Assembly: GCF_009914755.1 (NCBI RefSeq)
Contig: NC_060932.1
DNA from: the human T2T-CHM13v2.0 reference genome, Homo sapiens
Length of the DNA stretch: 64,000 nucleotides
Strand: one strand, 5' to 3'
Under the pieces are notes generated by a model. The model did no database searches, was not told the DNA's origin, and saw only the letters and a program-made list of their open reading frames with translations. The translations under genes and the position numbers were made by a program. Positions 14,728 through 27,920 of the stretch are shown in pieces. Position 1 is the stretch's first letter, and every line of letters begins with the position of its first letter.

Positions 14728-15139
14728 AGTCAGTTCCTGGGTGGGGGAAAAAAAATCAGATAAGCTAGTTTATTGATCTGGATGGGGCCAGCAGATCCAT
14801 CAAGGGCAGGGCTTACAAAATATCTGAAGCACTGATCTTGAGGGCAGTTTAGGGAGGGTCAAATTCTGTCCCCTCCAGCTGCATGATTTTTGGGCCATAG
14901 TTTCTAATCCTGTGGCTAATTTTTTAGTCTGGTCCCCAGGCAGAAGGGAAGTATATCTTAAGAAGGGGCTGTTGTCATCTTTGTTTTAGACTATAAACTG
15001 TAAAACAGGCTCCTCCCAAAGTTGGTTTGCCCTACACCCAAAGATGGGCAAGGACAGCTTGGGGGCTAGAAACAAAATGGGGTTGTTTGGGTCAGATGTC
15101 TTTCACTGTCTCAGTCACAGTTTTGCAATGATGGTTTTA
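14728..15139 (-). mobile_element. Antisense LTR8-like U3 fragment inside the provirus internal region
   Basis: Its reverse complement aligns by eye with the first ~420 bp of the LTR8 at 26626. Confidence 0.8.
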
Positions 15140-16598
15140 AAAGCTATTTATCTTTCTTTAAAAATATCTTTTACACTCATGGTTAAGTCATAACCTAATT
15201 AGGGATTGTGGGTTTCACCTGTGAAATTACTTTTTGTAAAGTTCAAAAGCCAAAAATTTTAACGGCTTGGTGTGGCTAATGTAGGGTAACAAGAGATTTA
15301 AATGAATTTTCTTAAAGAGTGCTCAGCTTAATTAAAAGTGGATATTGAAGTTATAGGTATACTTAATACCTTTATGCTTTTCTGTTCTTGGATTTTGTTT
15401 TTCTTGAAAAAGGTTTTTTTCTTCTCAGCCGATAGAATTATTTTTCTCCATTTTTTGTCTTGCCACTCTTAATGCAAGCATGAGAGGCCCTAAGATAACT
15501 TCTGGTACCCTGGGACTCCTTGGAAAAAACAGGAGACACAGACCCCATTTTGAGGAAAAAACAAACAAACAAAGAAACAAAACCTATGTTTTCCTCATGA
15601 AACCCCAGGAATTAAAATTGGATAGATTTCTCTCAAAATCAAAGGCTCTGTTCTGTTTTGCCTCATGTTATCTGACAGTTTTATGTTTTGCAGGTATCAG
15701 AAATTACCTTGCATTATGAGAGAGCTTTGGTGTGTAATAACTAGGTAGGAAATATACTTTAAAGGATAGCTAATAGTAGTTATGGAGGGATACTTAACTC
15801 TGCACATTTGAATCAGAGAAGCATGCTCATGGCCACCTGAAAGCTATGGAAACATCCCCAATCCCCACTGAGAGATGAGACTCCCATGGGGGATGGGTTG
15901 ATTACAAAATAAGGTGATTGGTTTTGGGTTGCCTTGCAATGAAATGCATGGTAGAAACTGCACTGTCTTCTTCCACAGTATCTCCCTTTTTTTTGGAGAT
16001 CCAAGATCCAGTACAAAGTAGCACCCTTAATTTTGGGGATCTGTCTTTGCCGTTAGTTGTGTCTGCTTATTAGGCCCTAAAAATGCACGCTATCCTGGCC
16101 CTTTTCCTCCAAGGACCCCACGCTGAAGCCAGTAAGCCAATTAAGAAACTGGCAAATGAAACATCTTGCAAGTGCTGAATCTTCTGTCGGTTTTGTGTTG
16201 ATATATATGTGTTGTGTGTAATGTCTATAAAAAGAGCTCTAACTGATTGGCTTAAAGAAAAGTAAGCACTGAAATCAAATATTTTTTAGTTCATGTGCCT
16301 TAAATAGTTATGAAATAAAAATAGTCTTAAGGATTATTCGTAAAATGCAAGTGTTGTCAAAATGCAAATGTCTAAATTATACAACTTAGATACTAGGTTT
16401 GCTAAATGTTCCAAGGTTGTATACTGTCTGCTTTAAGGCTAGGTAAGGCCTGGGACACGTGGAGTTAGATACTATAAAGAATCAGACCTTATCTGCACTT
16501 CTGTCTGGGTCCTTAGCTCCATACCTTGTACATAATTAAAATCGCTTACTAACTAGGTTTTTCGCCAAAAGTAAAATTTGCTAAGAGTTAACCATGCA

Positions 16599-17309
16599 CC
16601 CAGCAGCCACCCCGTCTGGGAGGTGGGAGGCACCTCTGCCCGGCCGCTGCCTCTGGGGGGTGAGGGGCCCCTCTGCCAGGCCGCCACGTCTGGGAAGTGA
16701 GGAGCCCCTCTGTCCGGCCGCCACCCCATCTGGGAGGTGTACCCAACAGCTCATTGAGAACGGGCCATGATGACGATGGCGGTTTTGTCGAATAGAAAAG
16801 GGGGAAATGTGGGGAAAAGAAAGAGAGATCAGATTGTTATTGTGTCTGTGTAGAAAGAAGTAGACATAGGAGACTCCATTTTGTTCTGTACTAAGAAAAA
16901 TTCTTCTGCCTTGGGATGCTGTTAATCTATAACCTCACCCCCAACCCCGTGCTCTCTGAAACATGTGCTGTGTCAACTCAGGGTTAAATTGATTAAGGGC
17001 GGTGCAAGATGTGCTTTGTTAAACAGATGCTTGAAGGCAGCATGCTGGTTAAGAGTCATCACCACTCCCTAATCTCAAGTACCCAGGGACACAAACACTG
17101 CAGAAGGCCGCAGGGTCCTCTACCTAGGAAAACCAGAGACCTTTGTTCACATGTTTATCTGCTGACCTTCTCTCCACTATTGTCCTATGACCCTGCTAAA
17201 TCCCCCTCTCCAAGAAACACCCAAGAATGATCAATAAATACTAAAAAAAATTTAAAAAAAATTGCTGTTGACAAAATAAAAACTACCACCTCAAAAACAA
17301 CAACAAAAA
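16599..17309 (+). mobile_element. 5'-truncated SVA (older A/B-like): VNTR end, SINE-R, polyA and a 3' transduction
   Basis: VNTR units (ccaccccgtctgggagg), then SINE-R cccaacagctcattgagaacgggcc...caataaatactaaaa. 16-bp TSD aagagttaa(c/t)catgca at 16583-16598 and 17310-17325. Confidence 0.96.
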
Positions 17310-19986
17310 AAGAGTTAATCATGCAATATGTATTTGAGATCACTAAATGGTTGTTTTACATGCAAGGTGTATAAAAACAGTAATATGTGGTTTTTAGTAA
17401 AAGATTATAAGAAAGCATGGAAATGTAAATTTTTCCCAGGGATAAGGGATTATCTTAAATTTGATAAGATAAAGCTAAATTTTCAAGTAAGTTATTGAAA
17501 GATTATAAAATTTAGTCTTGCAAAATGTGTGTAAACATTAACTAAATTCAAAAGGGTATTACATGGTCTTTTTATAAATTGAGTTTTGAAATAAAAGCAC
17601 AGAAGTTTGTCTTAAGATGCTAATCTGCCTTTTAGCAAAAGGGTTTATAAAGGATTTGTAAAGATTTTACCTCATGGTCAAATTGGTTATGATTAGATGA
17701 AATTTTCTATGAGGTTTCATCAAAAGTTGGTTTAACTTTAATAAACTTATTCAAGTGTAAAATTTGGCTTTGAACAGGATTTTCATGTAATAGTAAAGGC
17801 TAATAAAGATTTTTGCCTTTCAAGTCATCATTTTGGCAAAATATATAATTTATAGCAATTGGAATTCTATTTCATAACATCAAGTGTTTTAAACCTTCAA
17901 CATTTAACAGGTGTCCCAACACTGAAACTTCAAGTTTCAAAATTGTCTTTCCTGATGCCTGGCTTTCTGGATGGTTCAGATGGCCCATGAAACATCCAGA
18001 GAAGTGGTAAAGAGGATTATTTGACATGTTAAATTTTATGAGATTGCCAAAATGATGTCCAATATTCTTTAGGTTATATTTTGATGAGTAATACTAACAT
18101 ATGTACCAAAATTATATGGGATTTCTAAAATCTAATGTCTAAGTATATGCTATCAATCGTAATTAGGGTTAAAGTCATTGCAAACCATGGGGTTAACTAA
18201 ACTTCTTTGTCAGTAATGTTTTTAATTTTAACTACCCTGGAAATTTTGTAATTAGCAGATAATTGTTGTTTTGCATTGTTCCTTCTCAAAAGAGGTTTAT
18301 AATCAAGATACAGGAATGTAACGTGTGTTCTCAAATGCAGGTTTTTAATAGCCTTGAAGATTGTAACATTAGAATAGAGAATAAAAACATATAGGACTTG
18401 CAAAGAACTGAAATGTTCACAGATATCAAGCAAAACAAGAGTTGACTAAATGGACTGCACTAAGAAAGCTAAAGCAACGTGTTCATTTTATTATTGGAAT
18501 ATTGTTGATCCTTGTTTGTTTTTCAGAATCAAGGAAACTTATTTTGATCTATTTATGGCCTTTAATAATTTAGTAAGGTACACTCCTGTGAACAAAACTT
18601 GGAGCATGTTTGTTTCTCTCTGTCTCGTTCTTCTAGAATTTGGAAACTATCTGTGAGTACTCTTAACTTATGGCAATAGAGTTATTTGCATCAGTGCAAT
18701 AAGAATCCATTTTTCTTTTGCAACAGGACACAATTGGAAATAACTGGTTATTTTACCAAGACTTTGACTGGAAGGTTGTGATTCCTTTTAAGGAGTCAAT
18801 CTTGACTCACAGAGCTGATAAAAGCCCCGTGGGGAGAATTGGCCTCATACCCTTGCCTATACAGTCCCTGCACAGGGTTCCTGACCTGTGGTCAGTAAAG
18901 AATGTCACTTTCTAATAGGTATAGTAGCTCCAAGTTTATCACATGACCTTAAGAGAAAAGGATCACTCAACTCACAGGTATTTAAGGATACAAACCCATG
19001 GCAGGGCTCAGCTAAAAGAGGCCTTATGTGAGATTCTTTGTGGAACAGAGTTCCATCAAAGTCAATCAAAAAGGCCTATGTAGAAATAATTATTCTTGCT
19101 GCACTTTATGCAAATAATCAGGCCAAGTAAAAGACTACAGTTTATTCTACAAACCACAGGGTCCTATCATAATTTGTTTTTGCCAAAAATGAGGACTGGA
19201 GAGAGAAATTGTGCTCCAAAGCTTATTATACATTTGCCATTAAATCCTATTCTCGTTAATTGTTTTTAAGCTTTCTGCCTACATTGTAGACTATCCCTGC
19301 TTATTCCTGTGAATCAAATGGTGATCTCCTGCAGCTTGGAAGAAATAAAAAGCAATGAAAAATGTAAAAATTTGGATCAATATGCTATTTCTGGGAAATT
19401 AACCTGCAAATTCTGACAGGTAATGAAAGTGATTTGAGTGCCCATTACCTGGAGGTTTATTTGGGAAAATAAAACCAAGGAAACTCATAGACCCCCAAAT
19501 GGAAATTTTATATCTTGACAAGTAAAATTTTAGATGGAAATACTCCATTATGTCACCCTTGTGGGAATTGCTATACTCACTCTGCTATTTGCAGTAGAGC
19601 TATACACGGTAGCACCTTCTAACTGAAATATTGGACAGAGAGTTTCCATTGCCATAGTATTTTGCTTAATTATTATTCTTATAGCAGGGATAATAGTTAC
19701 TAGCATAAAGGAAGCATAGAAGTTTTACTACCACCGAATCTTCTAAAACTTCTTATTGGGTTTGATAATATGTCATATCCTGGCTATGCAAAGAAGGTTA
19801 TAAAGAAAAGAGATTTTATATAAAAAAGACCTTGTATGGTAAATACTTTTCCTAAAGAGAACAGTTGGCTGTTTAAAAAAGGGTTGTTTAGGACAAGACA
19901 GAAGGTTTAAGCATGTCTTAGATGGTATGTGGAAGTCATGAAGGGATTAATAATTGCAGGAAAGATTTGGCCAAGGTTAACACTAA

Positions 19987-20586
<600 letters not shown>

Positions 20587-20641
20587 TAGTCAGAAGAGTC
20601 ATAGTCCAGCACTCCATAACAACAGTTAGGGTTACCACTCC

Positions 20642-20652
20642 AGAGAGGGGAA
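20642..20652 (+). other. Polypurine tract
   Basis: agagaggggaa directly before the 3' LTR. Confidence 0.85.
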
Positions 20653-21263
20653 TGATACAGGAGTTAAGAAGAAATTACTTAGGCAGATAGTAAGGGTATG
20701 GGAGTCCTCAGTAAAGCTTTTCCTTTTCATAAAAAGCAGTTACAAATCATTTTTTAATGAAAAGCAGCCTGTAAAATCAAGCTGCAGGCATATTCAAGCA
20801 AGCCAGGAGCTCGCAAGGGTGAAAACTGGCAGGAACTAGGGACTAGACATGTTCAAGATGGTGGCTCCATCTTCTCTTCTCTGCCAGGCATGTGCACAGT
20901 AAGAAGCAGACAAGATGGCGTCGATCAACTCAAAAGCCCATTTGCAGAATAAGATTAGGGTGGGGAGACAAGCCTTCCCCATATGCTATGTAAACATCAT
21001 ACCTGATCAAACCAATCTGTGAGCCCTATGTAAACCAGCCACCTTCTCCTCAACCTTGACTATAAAATCTGGCACATATGCCACTAGCCAATCCTTTCCA
21101 CTCCGTGACCTCTCTCTCTAGAGAGAGAGTTGTTTCTCCTTCTCTTCTCTTCTGCCTATTAAAGCTCCACTCCTAAACTCCTCATGTATGTCCATGTCTT
21201 AAAGTTTCCTGGCATGTAACGATGAACTCCAGGGTATATACCCCAGAAAATGTAGCTGCTTCA
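20653..21263 (+). mobile_element. 3' LTR (LTR9B-like)
   Basis: Direct repeat of 11447-12043, with an attaaa polyA signal near 21158. Confidence 0.9.
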
Positions 21264-21481
21264 GTCAGCTAACTTTTTCTTTAAATGATCAGATGACAAA
21301 TATTTTAGGTTTGGAGGACCACATAAGTACTCTATTTTATATTCTCTCTTGCTTTTGTTTTTGCTTTTATTTATAACTCTTTAAAAATGAAAAAAAAAAA
21401 AAAACTATTCTTTGCCCATGCATTATACAAAATGAGGCCACAGGCTGGATTTGACCCACAAGCCATAGCTTGCCAACTCAT
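21264..21481. mobile_element. MER58 (MER58C-like) hAT-Charlie MITE; its first bases lie at ~11438-11446
   Basis: gtcagctaactttttctttaaatgatcagatgacaaatattttagg...ggatttgacccacaagccatagcttgccaac. Confidence 0.75.
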
Positions 21482-21613
21482 AATACAGACAGTAAATTGA
21501 GTGGGGTGGTTTTACTCTTCAAGGGAGCTATTTAGAATTATTATGGAAGTCCTAAAACTAGGGACTTATGGGAACAATCAGATTCCCATTCTTAGAATTA
21601 TAAATACTATACT

Positions 21614-22249
21614 TGTTGGGGCTCAGAACACAATATCCCAAAGTATGGCACCTTGGCATATGGAGTATTTTAAGCTGAAGAAATTTGAGAAAATTGAAAA
21701 AGCAGGGTGGTCTTTCTGAACTTTTCCCAACCCCCTCTCTCCTGATGTGGACCAGAGAAACTTAAATGTCCTTGACCCCTTTATTCACTGAAGTGGGCCA
21801 TAGAAACAGAATTTCTCTTGCCCCTTCTCCCCTGAAGTGGGCCATGAAGCCCAGCTGACCTTGCCTTGAAATAGGTAATCATAAGACCCTCCTTCCAAAA
21901 GGGGTCCTATCTATACCCAGAGGGAAGGAATGCCATTATCTCTGAAGACACAAAGACACAGAAGAGAATCTGAACAAACAGGCCTTGCTGATATCCCCCA
22001 AGTTTATGACTTAAATCCTAACCCTTTTTGTTCAATTGTTTCTCTCCAACTATCCACTTCTTTATCAGACTTAGCAGACAATATACACAGAATTCCCTGT
22101 TTCTTTGGGTCTTTATTTCCTGATGAAGGTTCCCATGTCAAGTAAAATTTATTAAATAAATGCTTATGCTTCTCTCCTGTGTCTGTCTTTGTCAGTTTTA
22201 TTTTCAGACCTTGCCAGGAACCCCAAGAGGGAACCCTTCTTCTCCTATG
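21614..22249 (+). mobile_element. MER39-like solo LTR (ERV1)
   Basis: tgttggggctcagaacac...aaagtatggcaccttggcat start, and tctctgaagacac...gaatctgaacaaacaggccttgct. Confidence 0.8.
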
Positions 22250-23588
22250 TCCTATCCTCTGAGGAAACCTGTTGAAATTCTTGGATAGTTTGATGATGGT
22301 GGATGTTATTAATAGGCAGGCACTGAATGGTCTGTTAACAGTAGTAGGAAGTGGGGTTTCCAAGTAATTAAATGAAAAAAATAAAAGTAGTCTTTCTTGT
22401 ACCTCAAATGATGAAACAGATCATAGATCTTACATCAAGAAAAAAATTATGAGCTGGAGGGACTGAGTCTTTGAGAAACGTGTTTCTCAGTTAAAAGGTC
22501 CAGCTTCATCTTCCCTGCTCCTTTCCCACCTCAAATTTATATTAATATGACTAGAGAAATAATGCTGCACTGCTGAATATTTTACAGGCCTGGGGAAGAT
22601 TAGTCATTACATGCTCCTGGATGGGCTTCATTCACACACATTCAAGCTAATTATAAAAGAGCTTTAAAGCTATGTATGGATGCTAGGAGGTGGAGAGATG
22701 AAGGGAGCCTCTATTGCAATATAAATAAAACCCTGTAAATATATATAAATATTGGAGAAGGCAGGGTTGGAAGAAAAATGACTATAGCTTAAATTCAATC
22801 TCACAGAATGTCTAGCATAATTGTTTGCATACAATAGGTGCTCAATGACCATTTGGTGAATTAAAACATAAAAGCAAGAATAAGCAATGAACAACATCGT
22901 GGGGTCCTCCACCGGGAATTATTAATATGTCTCCTGATTTTCTATTCACCAAGCATAGGTTCTCAACAGACTGTTTCCTGTTTCTTTCCTACCCTTTCCA
23001 GTTTGACATTTCATTGCTTGCTATGTAGTTTCTTCCTAGATGGAAAAAGCAAACTTGTGTATCTCTTTATTTCAGGAGTTGTTATGGTAGGTTTAAACAT
23101 AAAAAAGGCTGATATAATAAGGTACAACGGGGATTTGATGATTTCACTGATCTTTATTTTTTCTAGCTGTCCTACTTTAGCAATATAATTTCAAGGTGGT
23201 CCAAGCAATATAATTCCAAGACAGTAAATTGCTTTAAATTATGCTATCTCTTTCAAGCTGAGTTAAATCTCATTCCATGGTTAGCTAGTTGCTATATGGA
23301 AGTAAATACTTTGTGCTTGCTTTAATCTTTTTGCCATGTCTTCATGCAATAGAAGAGGTAATTCATCAACCAATGGAATAATATCATTTAAAAAGATCTC
23401 GGAAAGTTTGATCTTATTTTTAGGAAAAGTTGTACTTCATGTTAGTGTTTCACAACTGCCCTTTGGCCATTCTTTCCTTGCCTGGGAAGCTGACCAGAGT
23501 GCTGAAGTCTTCTATCTGTGCCCTTTATCTTTAGCCTCAGGCAACTTTCTATTCAACTCGTTCTCTAGTCCCATGGCAATGTCCCCAT

Positions 23589-23698
23589 TGAGAAAGAAAA
23601 AATAAAATACTGATTGAAGGAATCCCCCCTTGGCCAAGGGAACCCCAAAGAAACCCTAAAAATTGAGTTCCTGACCATGAAAGGACAGGAAGGAGACA
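23589..23698 (+). mobile_element. LTR A (MER4-group), 5' piece
   Basis: tgagaaagaaaaaataaaat...ttggccaagggaaccccaaagaaaccctaaaaattgagttcctgaccatga is a MER4-group LTR start. It ends abruptly. Confidence 0.75.
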
Positions 23699-23891
23699 AA
23701 AAAAAAAAAAAAAAAAGAGTTGTTTTCCTTGGTGAGTCAGCTTTAAGTGGATAAAATAACTTTAGAGAACAACTTTATCTTGTTCTTTGGGAGAGATAGT
23801 GGAAGGGAGGTCAAAGAGATCTTGAAGTTTCTTCTTCAGTTCAGCATATTAAAGAATCGTATTTTAAGCTATTGGTTTCCAAGCTCCAACA
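23699..23891 (-). mobile_element. LTR B (MER34/LTR48/LTR29-like), 5' piece, inverted
   Basis: Reverse complement reads tgttggagcttggaaaccaatagcttaaaatacg...atgctgaactgaagaag, a MER34-group LTR start. Confidence 0.7.
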
Positions 23892-24219
23892 CCTGCAATT
23901 TTTTATGGCAATCATAATGGTGGTGGAGCTGAGGACCATAAAGGAAGAACAATTGAGTAACAGCATGAAGCTGAAGTTGGTGGTAGCAATACTTTCTTAT
24001 AAGTAGGATATATGTTGACATTTAAAGACACTATGTTATCTCACTTCTGCAAATGTTTAGTAAATAATTACCCCTAGAGCACTTAAGCAAGAAGAGTTTG
24101 TCTACAAGTTCCCCTAGGCAGCTTTCTTCTCATAACACCTAAATTGGCAAAGGGAAATATCTCTGCAAAGACTAGACTTATCTGTTCATATAGGATAGCC
24201 CTTATTTTAGTATTCTACT

Positions 24220-24365
24220 CAGAACCAGCTACATAGTTTGCAGGACATAGTGCAAAATGAAACGCTGGTTCCTTTGCCCAAAGAGTCTTGAACCAAACAC
24301 GAGGTCCACCTACACATGGTGTCCTGTATGACTGCACAGGTTGCATGTCCATGAACCTGGCCCTG
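24220..24365 (-). mobile_element. MER91A-like hAT-Tip100 MITE
   Basis: cagaaccagctacatagtttgcagg...tgcaaaatgaaa...gactgcacaggttgcatgtccatgaacctggccctg. Confidence 0.7.
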
Positions 24366-24791
24366 ACTATGCTAGACTCTTTTCTGTTCTTTCCTCTGAA
24401 GAATAGCATTCTTAGTCAATTTAAATGAGCAACTTAGTGTCACAAAAGCAAGAAGGAATTTAAAAGACAGATTACATAGAATTAACATAATTTAAAAGTG
24501 CAGCTTTATGTTACTCTACTAACTCAGCATACGCTTAATTTATTAAAAGAGCCCTCTGTGCTTTCACTCCTCTATTAGCAGGTGCTTGCTATCTCTAAAC
24601 ATAAGTTTTAAAGCACTTGTCTATTTATGCTCCTAAGCTGAAAATGATTTGTGTATTTTCACTCCCTAGAAAAAAAACTGTATTTTCTTCTCTTTCACCA
24701 GGTTCCTGCTCTCTCAATTTTAATTCGCTTTTAAATAACAATTTTAAGCAGTCTTTATTTCTATTTTAGTTTTCTTTTATCTTTATTCTAA

Positions 24792-25032
24792 AGCTGTGTT
24801 TCTTAACTTTTATTTCAATTTTATTTTCCCCCATGGAAGATTTTTTAGACAATTTTTTTCTAATGGCATCTCCCATGAAATTTTAATACTATAGATATAC
24901 TACTTATGAAATACACATAGAAATATATATATATAATATGTGTGTATGTATAACATATACACTTTTTCAACCCACAAAAATAAGAATCAATTCTATCCCT
25001 TTGGGAGTAATAGACCCTTTGAGAATGCATGA
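24792..25032. mobile_element. Degenerate hAT-Charlie MITE (MER112-like)
   Basis: Terminal motifs gctgtgtttcttaac ... tttgagaatgcatg around an AT-rich body. Confidence 0.4.
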
Positions 25033-25543
25033 TCTAAAGAAACATGTCTCAGAATCTATTTCAATTCCACCCTCACATTGTTTCTCTGTCAAAAAAACAA
25101 CAAGATTTCCACAACACTAGCTTTCACAAGCCCAAACCAATTGACTAAGCTGAGTTCCACATCATCAACTGGGAAATTAGCCTACAAACATTTGTGTACT
25201 AGGACAGAGTATTCTGTGAATCTATCTGTATTTTAATTACAATTTCATTTTCTTTACTTCTGAGGTCAATTCAGTTCACAGCTACCATTTGAAGGGGATG
25301 CTTTTAGGGATAGATGTTAACAAGAATATAGCAAATTTTTGCCTGCAGCCACGAAAGGGCAATGATACATAAGCGCTAGAAAGGCAAGCTTCCTTCCAGC
25401 TTGTCAACTTCAAGATAAATACATAGATTGACATTTTCTGGACATATAGGTACATCTCATAAAGCCAACTTCAAAACAGAATTTGTTTTTCTCAATAAAT
25501 ATGGCAAAAAGTGCTGCTGAAGCAGCACATCCCTGGATTATGG

Positions 25544-26176
25544 TGCCAACTGTAGAATGATGAGGTTCATACATTTGGAAAAGAGAGTTTTATTTCTCAT
25601 AAAGTGTTGCAGCCGGCAGGTGGCCATTCTGACTGACTGGGAAGGGCAGCGTCTGGCCAGAAATCCAAAAACAAGGACTTCAAGTGTCAGAAGAATAAGA
25701 CAGGGATTTATGCTGAATGGAGTGGCCAAATATACTATTCAATAAGCCATAGGAAGAGTCATATATTTATGAAAGGAGGAACATGCTCATGCACAACTGA
25801 GCACCATGCCTCTTCATGGGTTCCATGTACAAAAAACAGGGCAAAAGCATGACTGCAGGGTGCAGCTATTGGCCCTCTGACATCAAATGTGGAAGCAGGG
25901 AATATGAAAACCCTCACTGCAAATCCTCCTAGACTGGCCAAAACCACTCTATGATCAGTGGTCTCTAATATTACTAGGAAGGATGTATTGTGAAACCAGG
26001 GAGCTATTACACTGGAACTGCAAAGAGGGTAGGGAAGTCAGTTGCGACCTTAGATGATGGGCTAAAGGTGATGAAAAAATGAGTTATCCATTTCTTCTTT
26101 TCTAGATCTGGTTTCTGCTGACTCCTTAGTAAAGAATTCTGCTTAAAAGTTGCTAAGGAAGGAACATACTGAGGTG
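25544..26176 (-). mobile_element. LTR A, 3' piece, inverted
   Basis: Reverse complement continues LTR A (cacctcagtatgttccttcc...) through aataaa to ...cagttggca. The flank atgg is the reverse complement of the ccat TSD. Confidence 0.8.
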
Positions 26177-26588
26177 ACAAGAAACAAAACAAAAGAGTTG
26201 TTTTCCTTGGTGAATTGGCTTTAAGTGGAAGCTGTTTTATTTTCAGACCCCACCAGGAAACCTAAGAGGACTGAGGAACTGTTATCTCATTATCCATTGC
26301 AGAAAAGAAGACCAACTATGTAACTACACTTGAACAGACCCTTTCCCAAGGTGGTGTCTGTCTCTCAGTATCATTCAAATTCCAAAGAGAACTATTTACA
26401 AGTTCCCTGAACCATTCATTCTCTCTAGTAATCATTTATTGCCCCTCAACAGAACTCCTCTTCTGCTCCTCTTGTAACTTATTTTGCCAGGGTGATAGTT
26501 AAGCTTCTGAACTCCATTGGGAGGTGGGTAATCACTCTGTGATTTTCCCCTTGTACACGTTAATAAATTTGTGTGCCTTTTCTCCAAT

Positions 26589-27920
26589 TGTAGTCGCCTA
26601 ATGGGTTCTTCCTGCTCACTGCAGATGAAACTGCCATTGCAAAATTGTAACTGAAACAGTGAAAGAGATTTGACCTAACCAACTCCATCTTGCTTCTAAC
26701 CTCCAAGCTGTCTTTGTTCATTCCTGGGCATAGGCTGAACTAACTTTGGGAGGAACTTAGTTTATAGTTTAAAACAAAGACGATAACAGCCCTTTCCCAA
26801 AACAAACCTCTTTCTTGCCCAGGAACTAGACTGCCTTTGTAGGGCTAACAAATTAGTCACAAGATTAGAAAATATGGTTTAGGAGTCATGCAGCTGGAAG
26901 CTACAAGATTCTGACCCTCCCTAAACTGCTCCTAAGATCAGTGCTTGAGATATTTTGCAGACCTTGCACTTCAAGGATTAGCTGGCACCACCCAGATTGA
27001 TAAACTGGCTCATCTGATCTTGTGGCCCCCACCCAGGAACTGACTCAGTGCAAGAAGACAGCTTCAATTCCTTATGATTTCATCTCCTACCTAACCAATC
27101 AGCACTCCTGGCTCACTGGCTTCCCCTCACCGACCAAGTTGTCCTTAAAAACGCTGATCCCTGAATGCTCGGGTGACTGATTTGAGTAATGATAAAACTC
27201 CTGTCTCCCACACAGCTGGCTCTTCATGAATTACTCTTTGTCTATTGTAATTCCCCTGTGTAGGCAAGGTGAACCCATTGGGTGTTTACACAAAGACAAA
27301 ACCAGTTCACTGAGATTATGGTATTGCAATAAAGACTTTAATTGACACAAGGTCGGTCACAACATGTGGGGGACAGTAATTACTCAAATCAATATCCCCA
27401 AAAATTTGGAGATTGGGTTCAAGGGTAGTTTGGTGGGCAGGGGTCTAGGGGAATGGGTGGTGCTGATTGGTTGGGAATGCAATCTTAAAAGTGTGGAAAA
27501 TGGTCCTCATGCATTGAATCTCCCTCTGGGTGGGGGCCACAGGACAGGTTGAGGCAAGAGTCATCTGGATGGGGCCATTTATTCAGAAATGCAAAAGCCT
27601 GAAAAGACATCTGAAAAGGCCAATCTTAGTTTCACAACAATGAATTGGGGAAGTTGCAAATTTTATAACCTCCAGAATAACAGCTGGTAATTATTTAATT
27701 ACACCTACATTTTAGCAGAATTCAGGCCCCTCATCCTCCCAAACTGGTGGCCTTTCATTAGTTTTATAAAGGTGGTTTAGAATTGGGGAAGGGCTTGGCT
27801 CAAGCCTGGGAATCACCTAGGGCAGTTTGGAGGTTAAAGGCAAGATGAGGGATGGTTAGATCAGATCTCTTTCACTGTCATTGTTTTCTCACTGTGATAA
27901 TTTTTGCAAAGATGGTTTCA
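26589..27920 (-). mobile_element. MER50-like solo LTR (26589-26625 and 27291-27920)
   Basis: Termini tgtagtcgcctaatgggttcttcctgc ... ataatttttgcaaagatggtttca. Flanks are caat/gaat. Confidence 0.78.
26626..27290 (+). mobile_element. LTR8 solo LTR nested in MER50
   Basis: tgaaactgccattgcaaaattgtaactgaaacagtgaaagagat ... gcaaggtgaacccattgggtgtttaca. Flanks are caga/caaa. Confidence 0.88.

Noticed and set aside
17009-17230. ORF MCFVKQMLEGSMLVKSHHHSLISSTQGHKHC...
   Set aside because: It lies within the SVA SINE-R (HERV-K LTR-derived) region, so it is a repeat-derived frame.
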